Source: a virus (Duplodnaviria > Heunggongvirae > Uroviricota > Caudoviricetes). From it: a stretch of 42,876 nt of DNA. The DNA lies in the IMG/VR virus record IMGVR_UViG_2541047698_000015. One strand, given 5' to 3'. The notes under the pieces were generated by a model. The model was given only the letters and a program-made list of their open reading frames with translations, was not told the DNA's origin and made no database searches. Positions 19,042 to 27,735 of this stretch are shown here, piece by piece (positions within the stretch are counted from its first letter, which is position 1; each line of letters starts with the position of its first letter). A program made the position numbers and the translations under genes.

Positions 19042-19351
19042 TTTTATTCCTACGGGTCTTATTCTGACAATATATCCTGTGTTCCAGACTGCCACATCAC
19101 CACATCCTGTGCCATTATCTGACTCACATTACATACATCGCATCGGGATACAGTAGTAGCACTTTCTGTAATACAGCTTCCTGTTTCTTCCACCATCGCA
19201 CCGGGATAAACCCGCGAATCATTAACGCGGTAAAAACCCGGTGTGCATCGTTTTTAATTATCCCCGCACACTCGCGCAGAGGAGTCTCCCTGTCGGGCTG
19301 CGGTCTCTGTTAATGAGGGAATATAGCGACGATACGGCGCATCAACAAAAC

Positions 19352-19825
19352 TTATTTCAGGCACTGAGTGCGGATATAGTCCTGTGCCCCTTCCAGTTGC
19401 TTGTGCATCGTCATCAGCCGCTCTCTGAGGGTGAAATAATCCCGTGTAACGGTGTCTGCCAGTTGGGGGCCGGTTGCATTATCCACGCCGGAGGTGGTGG
19501 GGGCTTCACGCACGGAGCCTGGACAGGTGGCGTTGATCCGCAGGCGCTTACGACCAGCGGCAACGTCAGCGCGAAGAGTTTCATTTTCAGCTCTCGCATC
19601 GGCTAATTCCCTCGAGTATTTTGCATCGAGCGCAGCAACATCGCGCTGGCGCACCTGCATATCAGTAATGGTTGCGTTCGCCAGCTTCAGTTCACTGGCT
19701 TTGTTATCGCGCTGCGCTTTGTAGGTAATCGCGTTATCACGGTAATGGTCTGTTGCCATCCACAGCGCACCACAGGCCACCAGCAGAATAACGATAAACG
19801 CGGAAAGCATTCGGTTTATGTTCAC
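19352..19825 (-). CDS. Rz: i-spanin Rz
   Basis: 157 aa, N-terminal TM then coiled-coil ([31 protein letters not shown]...), downstream of endolysin. Confidence 0.9.
   Translation of the reverse strand: MNINRMLSAFIVILLVACGALWMATDHYRDNAITYKAQRDNKASELKLANATITDMQVRQRDVAALDAKYSRELADARAENETLRADVAAGRKRLRINATCPGSVREAPTTSGVDNATGPQLADTVTRDYFTLRERLMTMHKQLEGAQDYIRTQCLK
19414..19599 (-). CDS. Rz1: o-spanin Rz1, embedded in Rz in the +1 frame
   Basis: 61 aa, lipobox LVVSAC then Pro-rich [21 protein letters not shown], as in lambda Rz1. Confidence 0.8.
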   Translation of the reverse strand: MRELKMKLFALTLPLVVSACGSTPPVQAPCVKPPPPPAWIMQPAPNWQTPLHGIISPSESG

Positions 19826-19953
19826 CCCAGCAACCCCGACGAAGACAACATCATCCAGGCCATGGAAAGAAAAAGAGCAACCAGCATTAGTGAAAATGAA
19901 ATGCCGACAATTACACAGAGGATCTTCGCCAGCGTTATGAGTTTGTCTGACAT
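19822..19953 (-). CDS. small membrane protein (43 aa, one TM), stop overlaps Rz start
   Basis: [43 protein letters not shown]; strong SD AAGGGAGGA 7 nt upstream; internal start of track ORF 19822..20043. Confidence 0.4.
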   Translation of the reverse strand: MSDKLITLAKILCVIVGISFSLMLVALFLSMAWMMLSSSGLLG

Positions 19954-19967
19954 GCTTAATCCTCCCT

Positions 19968-20150
19968 TCACGATTTCAACGCAATGACCAGTTTTGCCAG
20001 CCCATACAGCATCGGGGACACAGCAACACCGACCGCCACCCACTTAATGGCAAAAGCCAGTGCTCTGCTGATGTCATCAGTTACAGGCGCTTTCAGTTCA
20101 AGGCCATTTTTCATAGTCAACCTCAACAGAATTCGTTTACACTTCGCCAT
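19968..20150 (-). CDS. small membrane protein (60 aa, C-terminal TM)
   Basis: [60 protein letters not shown]; SD AAGGGAGAA; internal start of track ORF 19968..20183. Confidence 0.4.
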   Translation of the reverse strand: MAKCKRILLRLTMKNGLELKAPVTDDISRALAFAIKWVAVGVAVSPMLYGLAKLVIALKS

Positions 20151-20306
20151 GTTCTCCCTTGCCTTACTCAAGGTCAGAAACACAAAACCTCGCTTGGTGC
20201 CAACAAACGGGGTTTTTACTTTTATTCACTTACGTTTCGCCAGTTCGCAGGATTTCGTGTTATCCGCCCGCGTGGCCATACCTTATTTTTCAGCAAAATA
20301 TTCTGC

Positions 20307-20840
20307 TTATCTGTCGATACCCCAGCACGCCAGCGCGCTCTCCTGGTCACGACGGGATACCTGACCGTAACAGTTGTTTGAACGAATACGGCAGTCTCTG
20401 CCACCGTCCTTAATCCACCAGCGAATCGCTTCGCAGGCACCTTTTCGATCACCAGCATTAATTCGTCTGTAAAACGTCGACGGGAAACACTTACCGGGAC
20501 CAATGTTGTACGGACAGAATGACGCGATCCCCGCTTTCTGGGGTTCGGTCAGCGGCACTCTGATGTTTTTCTCCACCCACGCCAGCGCTTTATCACGCTC
20601 AATGGCGTTAACCTGGTCGCATTTTTCCTTCGACAACTTCATGCCCGGAACGACAGGTTTGCCATCCACCATGATGGCACCACGGCAGATGGTCCAGATA
20701 CCTGCACCATCACGGTATGCTGTGGTGTGGTTGCCTTCCTTTTCATCCAGAAACTGGTCGAGAATGTCAGGCGCAGGCGCACCAGCGGCAATCAGCGCCA
20801 GAACGGCAGCCGACAGGCCGTATTTGATTTTGGTGTTCAT
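20307..20840 (-). CDS. R: SAR-type endolysin (lysozyme R)
   Basis: 177 aa with hydrophobic N-terminal signal-anchor-release segment (MNTKIKYGLSAAVLALIAAGAPAP), resembling P21/RrrD-type endolysins. Confidence 0.9.
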   Translation of the reverse strand: MNTKIKYGLSAAVLALIAAGAPAPDILDQFLDEKEGNHTTAYRDGAGIWTICRGAIMVDGKPVVPGMKLSKEKCDQVNAIERDKALAWVEKNIRVPLTEPQKAGIASFCPYNIGPGKCFPSTFYRRINAGDRKGACEAIRWWIKDGGRDCRIRSNNCYGQVSRRDQESALACWGIDR

Positions 20841-20876
20841 GGATATATTAAATATTCAGCCGCTGTCCCTGGCCCA

Positions 20877-21770
20877 CTAAATACGCACTTTAAGATAAGT
20901 CAGCCCCGGATGAAGCCAGTAAGCCGGCACTTTTTTAAAGGGTGGAGTATTAAAATCACGAAGAAGAGCCTCCCGCACAATTGCATCCTTATCAGCACCA
21001 CTGGCCAGCGCTTCAATCTCAGCGGCTACCTGAAGATATCCCATGCAACGGCCAACGCGCTTCATCAGCCCCTGCTTTTTATTGTTCTTCAGGTAATCAA
21101 TGGCAAATTCAATGAGCTCCTCACTGTGCTGGTGCGATGGAGGTGTTACTTTCCCATTTTCTGAGATGGTTATTTTCCCAGCATCACCGGATACAACAAA
21201 GGATGGCCGGTTACACTCCCATTCCAGCTCACTGAAATTATCATTATGAATACTGAAACACTCTGCGAGATTTCTGCTCATCACTTTCCGACAATAATCG
21301 TCAAACGCAGCAAACTGCTTTTCATCGCCAGAAGGCACCAATATCGACCATTTCTTATTCAGCTCAACGACGTAGCTCTCCAGTTTTTCAATACGTGATT
21401 CAACATCATCTTTTTCTGACCGCAGTGTTGACGGCGGCATCTTCAGAGAACAAGTAATTCTTCCCGGTAGCTTTCCTTTGTAGGTTATCAACACATCCTG
21501 CGCCTCTAAAATTACGGGGCGCTTTTCCGGCAACGGTTCGTTCCATTCACATAACCCGGCAGCAACATCCATGAAAAACTGCTTCGCCTGCTTTTTCGCC
21601 TCAGCTTCGTAAAACTCCAGCGTGGCACCTTCAGTACGGTCAAGACTAATCGCCACATCTGGCAACAACAGCGACGCTTGCCCGTCACCTTCCGGCTTCA
21701 CAGTAACAGTAACCTTATCCCCGTAATTATTTATCCCCTTAACAACCAGTTCATATTTTTTATTCATCAC
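20877..21770 (-). CDS. hypothetical 297-aa protein between holin and endolysin (no family recognised)
   Basis: Continuous ORF starting 2 nt after the holin stop; no TM or signal peptide; somewhat AT-richer than neighbours; in Qin this slot holds the ~100-aa ydfR. Confidence 0.7.
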   Translation of the reverse strand: MMNKKYELVVKGINNYGDKVTVTVKPEGDGQASLLLPDVAISLDRTEGATLEFYEAEAKKQAKQFFMDVAAGLCEWNEPLPEKRPVILEAQDVLITYKGKLPGRITCSLKMPPSTLRSEKDDVESRIEKLESYVVELNKKWSILVPSGDEKQFAAFDDYCRKVMSRNLAECFSIHNDNFSELEWECNRPSFVVSGDAGKITISENGKVTPPSHQHSEELIEFAIDYLKNNKKQGLMKRVGRCMGYLQVAAEIEALASGADKDAIVREALLRDFNTPPFKKVPAYWLHPGLTYLKVRI

Positions 21771-21771
21771 T

Positions 21772-21987
21772 TTACTCTCCCCGCGCCGCCTTACGCCGGT
21801 CCTCTTTGATTTTGAAATACAGGTTAGTCAGGTACGTCAGCAGCCCAAACAGCAGACTCCCCAGCACGCCTATTGCCGCCCACTGAGACGGGGAAACCCT
21901 GTCCAGCAACTGCAGGAACCAGTAGCCCGTTCCCACCGCTGACGTGGTGTATGACACACCTGTTGTGATTTTTTCCATCTGGTACAT
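21772..21987 (-). CDS. class II holin (EssQ/S21-like)
   Basis: Start moved to [30 protein letters not shown]... (71 aa, two TM), GGGAGA SD upstream; matches the Qin EssQ holin as I recall it. Confidence 0.85.
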   Translation of the reverse strand: MYQMEKITTGVSYTTSAVGTGYWFLQLLDRVSPSQWAAIGVLGSLLFGLLTYLTNLYFKIKEDRRKAARGE

Positions 21988-22063
21988 ACCCCGTCTCCCG
22001 TTATCCGGAAGCTCACAACAATATAAAGACCACCGGCACACACCGATGGTCCCTTGCGCAGGC

Positions 22064-22312
22064 TTACATCATCATGTCGCTGTCAGGTGTGGGTTCACCG
22101 CCATCTGAAGCACTCCCGTCACCCGCGATACCTTCCGGCTCCGGAACCGCTGGTACGCCCAGCAGCTCATCCAGAATGGCATCCACTTCTGCATCAAGAC
22201 GCGACTCAAGGTTCTGGCGGAGTTTCTGTTTCAGTGCGCTCAGGACTTCTTCAGAGCGCAGGACTTCCTTCACTGCCTCAGCAGTGACCAGGGATGTGAT
22301 TTCTGACATGGG
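22064..22312 (-). CDS. hypothetical acidic protein (82 aa from internal ATG)
   Basis: [51 protein letters not shown]..., just upstream of holin; start uncertain. Confidence 0.4.
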   Translation of the reverse strand, partial: PMSEITSLVTAEAVKEVLRSEEVLSALKQKLRQNLESRLDAEVDAILDELLGVPAVPEPEGIAGDGSASDGGEPTPDSDMMM

Positions 22313-22346
22313 ATTTTCTCGTTGAAAGGTGTTGTCAAGAAAGTGA

Positions 22347-22529
22347 CTACGGAATGAGCGGATCTTCGGGTTTGCTTCCGGCTGACTGACTGGCGCTGAT
22401 TCTCTCAGCGGCCCTTTTATCAATCTGCCTGCGCCAGAAATCGCGCACTGCCCTGTACCCACCCGAAAGAAGATACATAACACAGACTGCCATACAGAAG
22501 TACAGCATTACCTGATGAATAAATGTCAT
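22347..22529 (-). CDS. possible small membrane protein (60 aa)
   Basis: N-terminal hydrophobic helix (MTFIHQVMLYFCMAVCVMYLLSGGY); weak RBS. Confidence 0.25.
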   Translation of the reverse strand: MTFIHQVMLYFCMAVCVMYLLSGGYRAVRDFWRRQIDKRAAERISASQSAGSKPEDPLIP

Positions 22530-22665
22530 AATTTCTTACCGTTATGGTTGACAATGAGAACTGTTTTCATTTAGAAATGATTGATGTCGAAAGCATCTTT
22601 TCTTTACATTCTCCATTGGGATTACCTCCGCCAGCTTCCATTCCTGCCGCTGGCGGCTTTTTTTA

Positions 22666-24627
22666 TCATGCCGCGATGTCCGCGTTGTTCACTTCCACCT
22701 TCACACTGTCAATCAGCAGCGTATATGTCGCCGCCTTTGATATGCCTGTCAGTTGCAGTTTGTCCGCCGCCCCTGATGCCGGAGATTTCACCAGTGTGAA
22801 CGGCGTCCCCCGTTTCTCATCCAGTACCGGCGTCACCTGAATGCTGTTGTTTCCGGCAAACTCAAAAGCCAGTGTGTGCCATCCGTTATCAAAGACCCCG
22901 AACGTTTCCAGCTTCGCATTCGGCTTCTTGTGGTGCATCGCGTTCAGGTTCGTCGCATCCGTCTGCAGAAAGAAGGACATCAGCATGTCGTTGCCTTCCT
23001 CTGCCAGCGTCACTCCCTCCGGCAGGGACGACAACTGCCAGTAAATGCCCAGGGCAAACTGATTCGGCACCAGTGAACCCGGCAACTTAAACCGTACGCT
23101 CACACGTCCCCCCTTCTTCAGTAACTCCACTCCCTGTCCGGCTGCATCATGCTCCAGAAACCAGATGTGGTTTTCCGGTTTATTCAGTTGCAGGGCCTTA
23201 CCTCCCGTAGCCCCCGCATCACTGACCACCGCTTCAGCAATGTTTTTGTTAACATTGTCTCCGCTCGCCGGTTTGTGATAATAGCGCCAGCCCTGTGATG
23301 CCAGGTCTTCGCCGGACGCCAGCAGACTCATCAGGGTTCGGTTACTGACCGGGGCTTCCGGCTCTCTCTCCGTACCTTCACCGGAAGGTCCGGTGGGCTT
23401 CACCGTATCAGGCTGTTTTCCGGTAATGAATTCAGCGTTTCTCCCGGCATGCACAAGAATCGCCGTTGCCAGACGGTCGGAAATAATCCCACGACGTGCC
23501 CATGATCCAAAATGCGTTTTACGGTCGGCCGTCGTCCAGGTTTTGGCGTCCGTTCGACCACCGGCTCCGTAATACCCAATATCCGCAACATCCGGATCTT
23601 CTGACGGCTCGTTGGTACCCACATTTCGCCCGTTTTCATCCGTCATAAACGGCACAAAGAAGATTTTTTTTGCGGATTTCGTCTTGTATGCACCATACAC
23701 CGCATCGTATTGCGAAGAATAAGTCTGCTTCCAGTAGTAGGTCGTGTCGCCACAAATCCAGGGAACCGATGACGGAGAGCCCCCGAGACACTGACCTCCG
23801 AATTCCGACAGGTCAGAACGATATTTTTCCACCATGGAATCAAACAGCCCCGGCTGAGTGGCGTATGCACCCTGTTTCAAATCAAACTCGCCCTGCATCC
23901 AGACCACTGCAAGCAGAATATTTTTAGGGTTGGCCTTCAGTGCGGCCTGAGTACGGGTAAGCAGGTCCTTGTACAGTGGCTTATCAACACCCCAGCGTGC
24001 CGAGGTCTCGCTTGCGCCGGTGGATTCGCTGAAGGTACCTTCATCGCCCGCCAAAAATGCAGAACCACCACGGCAGCACGGAACCAGAAGAATACCGGCA
24101 TTCGCCGGAATAAACGGCAACAATTTCTTCGCGATATGTAATCCCTGCCCCACGCATCCATACTGAGCTGCGCTGGCTTTCGGGTGTGAAAACTTACTCA
24201 AATCCTGAACATCATGCAGGCAGTGGTCCGCAGGAATAATGTCATTGTAGTTACAGGACGCACCACCCGGCGTGACAGTGCTGCGACGCGCCAGCTGTTT
24301 AATACGCGGGTCCGGACGGTCATATGTCTCCGGCAGCGGAAGCCCTTCACCATACGCCATACCGTTTGACTGCCCGGCCAGGGCAACAACAAAGTAATAC
24401 TCCGGGTTGCTGGTGGTGCTGATAACTGCGCCTTCTCCATCCGACGGCTTCACCACCACAGGTGTGGTGACATCACCTTCCGCCGCAATGGCCTGCATCA
24501 GGGTATAAGGCGTGATGGCCACCGGACTGCCAAATGGCTGCCACCCCTCCTTCAGTTTTTGTGTCAGTCGTTTCGCAAGGTCTGACGGCGATGCCGCCCT
24601 GACAACATCATAGTGTTTAAATGCCAT
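22666..24627 (-). CDS. nanS-p: prophage sialate O-acetylesterase (nanS-p / YjhS-like SGNH hydrolase)
   Basis: ~653 aa from MAFKHYDVVRAAS...; GQSN motif (FVVALAGQSNGMAYGEG); position between the Q-tRNA-cargo slot and holin, as for nanS-p in Stx2 phages. Confidence 0.8.
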   Translation of the reverse strand: MAFKHYDVVRAASPSDLAKRLTQKLKEGWQPFGSPVAITPYTLMQAIAAEGDVTTPVVVKPSDGEGAVISTTSNPEYYFVVALAGQSNGMAYGEGLPLPETYDRPDPRIKQLARRSTVTPGGASCNYNDIIPADHCLHDVQDLSKFSHPKASAAQYGCVGQGLHIAKKLLPFIPANAGILLVPCCRGGSAFLAGDEGTFSESTGASETSARWGVDKPLYKDLLTRTQAALKANPKNILLAVVWMQGEFDLKQGAYATQPGLFDSMVEKYRSDLSEFGGQCLGGSPSSVPWICGDTTYYWKQTYSSQYDAVYGAYKTKSAKKIFFVPFMTDENGRNVGTNEPSEDPDVADIGYYGAGGRTDAKTWTTADRKTHFGSWARRGIISDRLATAILVHAGRNAEFITGKQPDTVKPTGPSGEGTEREPEAPVSNRTLMSLLASGEDLASQGWRYYHKPASGDNVNKNIAEAVVSDAGATGGKALQLNKPENHIWFLEHDAAGQGVELLKKGGRVSVRFKLPGSLVPNQFALGIYWQLSSLPEGVTLAEEGNDMLMSFFLQTDATNLNAMHHKKPNAKLETFGVFDNGWHTLAFEFAGNNSIQVTPVLDEKRGTPFTLVKSPASGAADKLQLTGISKAATYTLLIDSVKVEVNNADIAA

Positions 24628-24887
24628 GGTTCTTTCCACCATCTGAAAAATAATTCTTTAAAATACCTGACATGTAATACAGAAAAAACACAAAACCATA
24701 CCTTAAATAAAAACCTCATCATCAAGCAGATATGCATGGATAAACTACAAGACGAGATATAAACCACCCTGCATTTAAATAAACAATAAACAACATCAGA
24801 AAAATAATTCTGCTCTATGGTTTACATTCAAAAATATCATTTATACTTTTCAGAACATCACCAGCAAGACATAAACAAGGAAACTAA

Positions 24888-25223
24888 ATGAAGTGGATTG
24901 TGATTGATACAGTTATCCAGCCATCATGCGGAATATCTTTTTCAGTCATATGGAGTAAAATAAAATTAATAATCTGGTATCAATCGGATGCTTTCTTACC
25001 TCCTGAAAGTATATTTACACTGACTCACACAGGTATCATGCTCAATAACAAAGTGCTACCTGTAACCATTTACAACGTAGCACCATTCAATAAAACATTC
25101 TGGAATTTAATCAAAAACAGCCAGGAATGTCCTACAAATACAGATAACGTATTGAATGAATGCTTTAATAACCGTTGCACTCTGCAAATATGTCCTTATG
25201 GACTAAAACAACAAAGTCCATAA
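24888..25223 (+). CDS. hypothetical protein, 111 aa, in a ~33% GC island
   Basis: Good SD (AAGGAAA, 5 nt spacing); markedly AT-rich versus flanks; convergent with the late operon; Trp/Cys-containing, no family recognised. Confidence 0.45.
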   Translation: MKWIVIDTVIQPSCGISFSVIWSKIKLIIWYQSDAFLPPESIFTLTHTGIMLNNKVLPVTIYNVAPFNKTFWNLIKNSQECPTNTDNVLNECFNNRCTLQICPYGLKQQSP

Positions 25224-25670
25224 GGAGTTTACTCACATCTGACAAAATCAATATAAACAGCCCCTCCGGAGAGGGGCTGGAGAGTGGCGCTATGTGCCAT
25301 TGCATGGTGCCGGGTGCCTCCCGGTGAATTCAGTACCAGCACCTGAATCCGCGATTATCCCATATACCTACTCGCTGATTGCCCCTCCGCACAGGGGGAT
25401 TCACCATGCCAGTTTCTTTTAACAAACTCCCCGCAAACCAGACAACAGTCAACCGCCTGAATTGTGAAGTATTTAAAAATTTCTCCCGCTAACTGATACC
25501 CGGCTAACAGTCTGGCGTTTTCTTTTTCAGCAACGGGAAAGCAACAACCACCACACCCGCCACCAGCACACCGTCAGCCAGCACTGACATTATCCGGCTG
25601 CTGCAATGCCACTCACAAAAACAGTAAGCAATCACTTTTTACCGTAACAAGTGATAATCCAGATATGTAT

Positions 25671-26024
25671 CTACCCCAGATGAGTAATCCGAAGTTCATC
25701 CATACCACAGGTCCTGGCTATTCTGTTGTACTCCTGAACAAGAGCAAATAATTCTGAATTAGCAACCATGAACTCATCGCAAACCCTCTGAATAGCATCA
25801 CTATTCAGAATAATAACGTCTCTTCCCGAAAGACGATCAGGAGTACAGAACAAAACTGTCAAACGGCTGAAGGCCTTTGCTCGTGCTGCATTGACTATAT
25901 CAATACGCTGCCTAAGGATGAAACACCCCGACGCCTCATCAATATTCACTCTACCCACACCATATGAATGATAAATATTTAATGCTGAAAAAACCATTAG
26001 ACCGTATAACAAACACTCAATCAA
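25671..26024 (-). CDS. hypothetical protein, 117 aa, first gene after the phage tRNAs on the late transcript
   Basis: ORF ...VFSALNIYHSYGVGRVNIDEASGCFILRQRIDIV...; sits where stxA is in Stx phages; no family recognised; start ambiguous. Confidence 0.5.
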   Translation of the reverse strand: MIECLLYGLMVFSALNIYHSYGVGRVNIDEASGCFILRQRIDIVNAARAKAFSRLTVLFCTPDRLSGRDVIILNSDAIQRVCDEFMVANSELFALVQEYNRIARTCGMDELRITHLG

Positions 26025-26137
26025 TACTTAACAGAACTTTTATTTTTGACAAACATATAATATTTTCAACAATATCCTGAGCCAGGTATATTTCAGTATA
26101 AGGCTCTGCCGGAAGGAATCTGGAAGAATGAATATAG

Positions 26138-26211
26138 CGCGCTGTACTGGATTCGAACCAGTGACCGATTGCTTAGAAGGCAATTGCTCTGTCCGGCTGA
26201 GCTAACAACGC
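26138..26211 (-). tRNA. tRNA-Arg (anticodon UCU), argN/argO-like; CCA end not encoded
   Basis: Cloverleaf readable by hand: acceptor GCGUUGU/ACAGCGC, D-arm AGCTCAGCCGGACAGAGC, anticodon loop CUUCUAA, T-arm ACTGG-TTCGAAT-CCAGT. Confidence 0.8.
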
Positions 26212-26311
26212 TGAATACCGATAATGGACCGCCATCGGGGACCCGCCCCCGCACCAACAACCCTGTTATCGCGTCGTCTGCTCTTCCTGATAAGCTAATG
26301 GCGGTTTGTGA

Positions 26312-26387
26312 TGGTGGCCCTTGCTGGATTTGAACCAGCGACCTGGCGATTATGAGTCGCTCGCTCTCACCACTGAGCTAAAGGGCC
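26312..26387 (-). tRNA. tRNA with CAU anticodon (Ile2-lysidine type, ileZ-like; Met not excluded)
   Basis: GGCCCTTTAGCTCAGTGGTGAGAGCGAGCGACTCATAATCGCCAGGTCGCTGGTTCAAATCCAGCAAGGGCCACCA on minus; anticodon loop CUCAUAA; CCA encoded. Confidence 0.8.
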
Positions 26388-26423
26388 GGGAGCAGAATAA
26401 TAACGGTCCGTAATTAATTCCGC

Positions 26424-26452
26424 AATAAAAAACCCGCTCGGCGGCGGGTTGT
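26424..26452 (-). terminator. tR'-like intrinsic terminator downstream of the late promoter
   Basis: Minus reads acaacccgccgccgagcgggttttttattg: GC stem plus U-run, ~45 nt after the promoter -10. Confidence 0.6.
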
Positions 26453-26497
26453 AGAAACTCTTCTAACGTCAGGCATAAAAGGCCCATCGTTATGACG

Positions 26498-26525
26498 AAT
26501 TTACCACAGATTCCGGAAAAATCAA
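26498..26525 (-). promoter_or_regulatory. late promoter pR'-like (-35 TTGATT, 16-nt spacer, -10 TAAATT); Q-utilisation region
   Basis: Hexamers read on minus between the Q stop and the tRNAs; arrangement matches lambdoid pR'-qut-tR'. Confidence 0.5.
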
Positions 26526-26530
26526 CCTTG

Positions 26531-27352
26531 TTACCTAGTTACCTTTTTTAACTGCCGCTCAGCCCATGCTTCTTCAATATCAAACCGGGTCACCAGCGCA
26601 TCATAGAATTTCTTAACTGTTTTTTCCCATGACGCGCGTGTTATCTGGTTTGTCACCTCGCATATAGCATTAAATGCCTCCGTTGATGGTAGTCTTTCAT
26701 AGCCACGACCACCACAACGCTGGCAGTCTCTGATAACAGGCATACCACGTTTTACCGACTCTTCACGGTGAATGGCGACACCACGCCCACGGCAATCCTT
26801 ACAGGCGGTGGAAACCTCACCCTTTCCGCCACACTCCGGACAGGCAACTTTTACCACCTCCCTGACTTTTTTCCATTCTTCCCAGTAAGACGGATACACA
26901 CCTTTCGTACACTTTGCCCATACCGGCGGCTTACCATCCGGATACTGGACCTTGTTTGTAAAAACTATGCTTTCAATAAATTTTTCCCCATAGCAACAAG
27001 GGCACTGCTTTTTACTCGCTGCGCTGCGGGCATAATCCTCAAAAGCGTACGAAGCCATAATGCGCATCACTACCGGTTTTATTTCTGCCGGAAGTTTTCT
27101 CAACGCCGCCACACGATCGCACCGACTGAGTGCATAATCTGCCAGTAATTCTGTTGCCCGCACCCTGTCATTCATACTGATGCCCATTTTCCCCAGGAAC
27201 GCAGAAAAACCCATCTCAGCCCGATTCTGTGTCATGCCCTGCGCGGCCATCACATCAGTGATACTCAGCGCATCTTTTGACGTTGAGGCCGATGCATCGG
27301 TCAGGCCAGGGGATTTTGGGGAGTAGTATTTCGGTAAATCTTCCAGTTTCAT
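26531..27352 (-). CDS. late antiterminator Q-like protein with three CxxC-G-G/R-G zinc motifs
   Basis: 273 aa with CPECGGKG, CKDCRGRG, CQRCGGRG; immediately upstream of pR'/tR'; assignment is mainly positional. Confidence 0.6.
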   Translation of the reverse strand: MKLEDLPKYYSPKSPGLTDASASTSKDALSITDVMAAQGMTQNRAEMGFSAFLGKMGISMNDRVRATELLADYALSRCDRVAALRKLPAEIKPVVMRIMASYAFEDYARSAASKKQCPCCYGEKFIESIVFTNKVQYPDGKPPVWAKCTKGVYPSYWEEWKKVREVVKVACPECGGKGEVSTACKDCRGRGVAIHREESVKRGMPVIRDCQRCGGRGYERLPSTEAFNAICEVTNQITRASWEKTVKKFYDALVTRFDIEEAWAERQLKKVTR

Positions 27353-27723
27353 TTTTTGACCTGCTCTTCATGCATTATGGGGTAAATCTTCACCCCCAGA
27401 CGTCCACCAGATACTGGCTGACCACGAACGATATTGATTTCATCAAACTGCTCATCGTCCATTAACACTCCCGCATGCGTCAGCGCATCCAGCGGTGCTT
27501 TCAGGATATTGTCCAGGTCGCGACGACGCTTATCCGGTGGCTCTGCAATCACCTTTATCGCCAGCCTTCCGGACAGGCTTAATTTCAGCCGCTGCTGGCG
27601 AACAATAAGCGCCACAGCCCGGCGATAACGCTTTCCCTCCTCCGAGATAAAATATGTGCTGCCACGGCGTCGCCAGTAAGTGTTCACCGTCGGCGGGTAA
27701 GGTAAAACCAAATCTATGAGCAT
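27349..27723 (-). CDS. rusA: Holliday junction resolvase RusA
   Basis: 124 aa, ...LPYPPTVNTYWRRRG...PDKRRRDLDNILKAPLDALTHAGVLMDDEQ... matches RusA motifs. Confidence 0.85.
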   Translation of the reverse strand: MLIDLVLPYPPTVNTYWRRRGSTYFISEEGKRYRRAVALIVRQQRLKLSLSGRLAIKVIAEPPDKRRRDLDNILKAPLDALTHAGVLMDDEQFDEINIVRGQPVSGGRLGVKIYPIMHEEQVKK

Positions 27724-27735
27724 CAGTCACCTCTT

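Noticed and set aside
22544-24440. Plus ORFs and short minus ORFs within the nanS-p region
   Set aside because: Contained in the 653-aa esterase gene in other frames or antisense; no RBS.
24640-26135. Shiga toxin genes stxA/stxB in the Q-tRNA-nanS-p slot
   Set aside because: No ORF of the right size (~319 and ~89 aa with signal peptides) is present; the slot holds different ORFs.
26025-26311. Possible third phage tRNA (Stx phages carry ileZ-argN-argO)
   Set aside because: No cloverleaf could be traced by hand in 26025..26137 or 26217..26311; only two tRNAs are supported.
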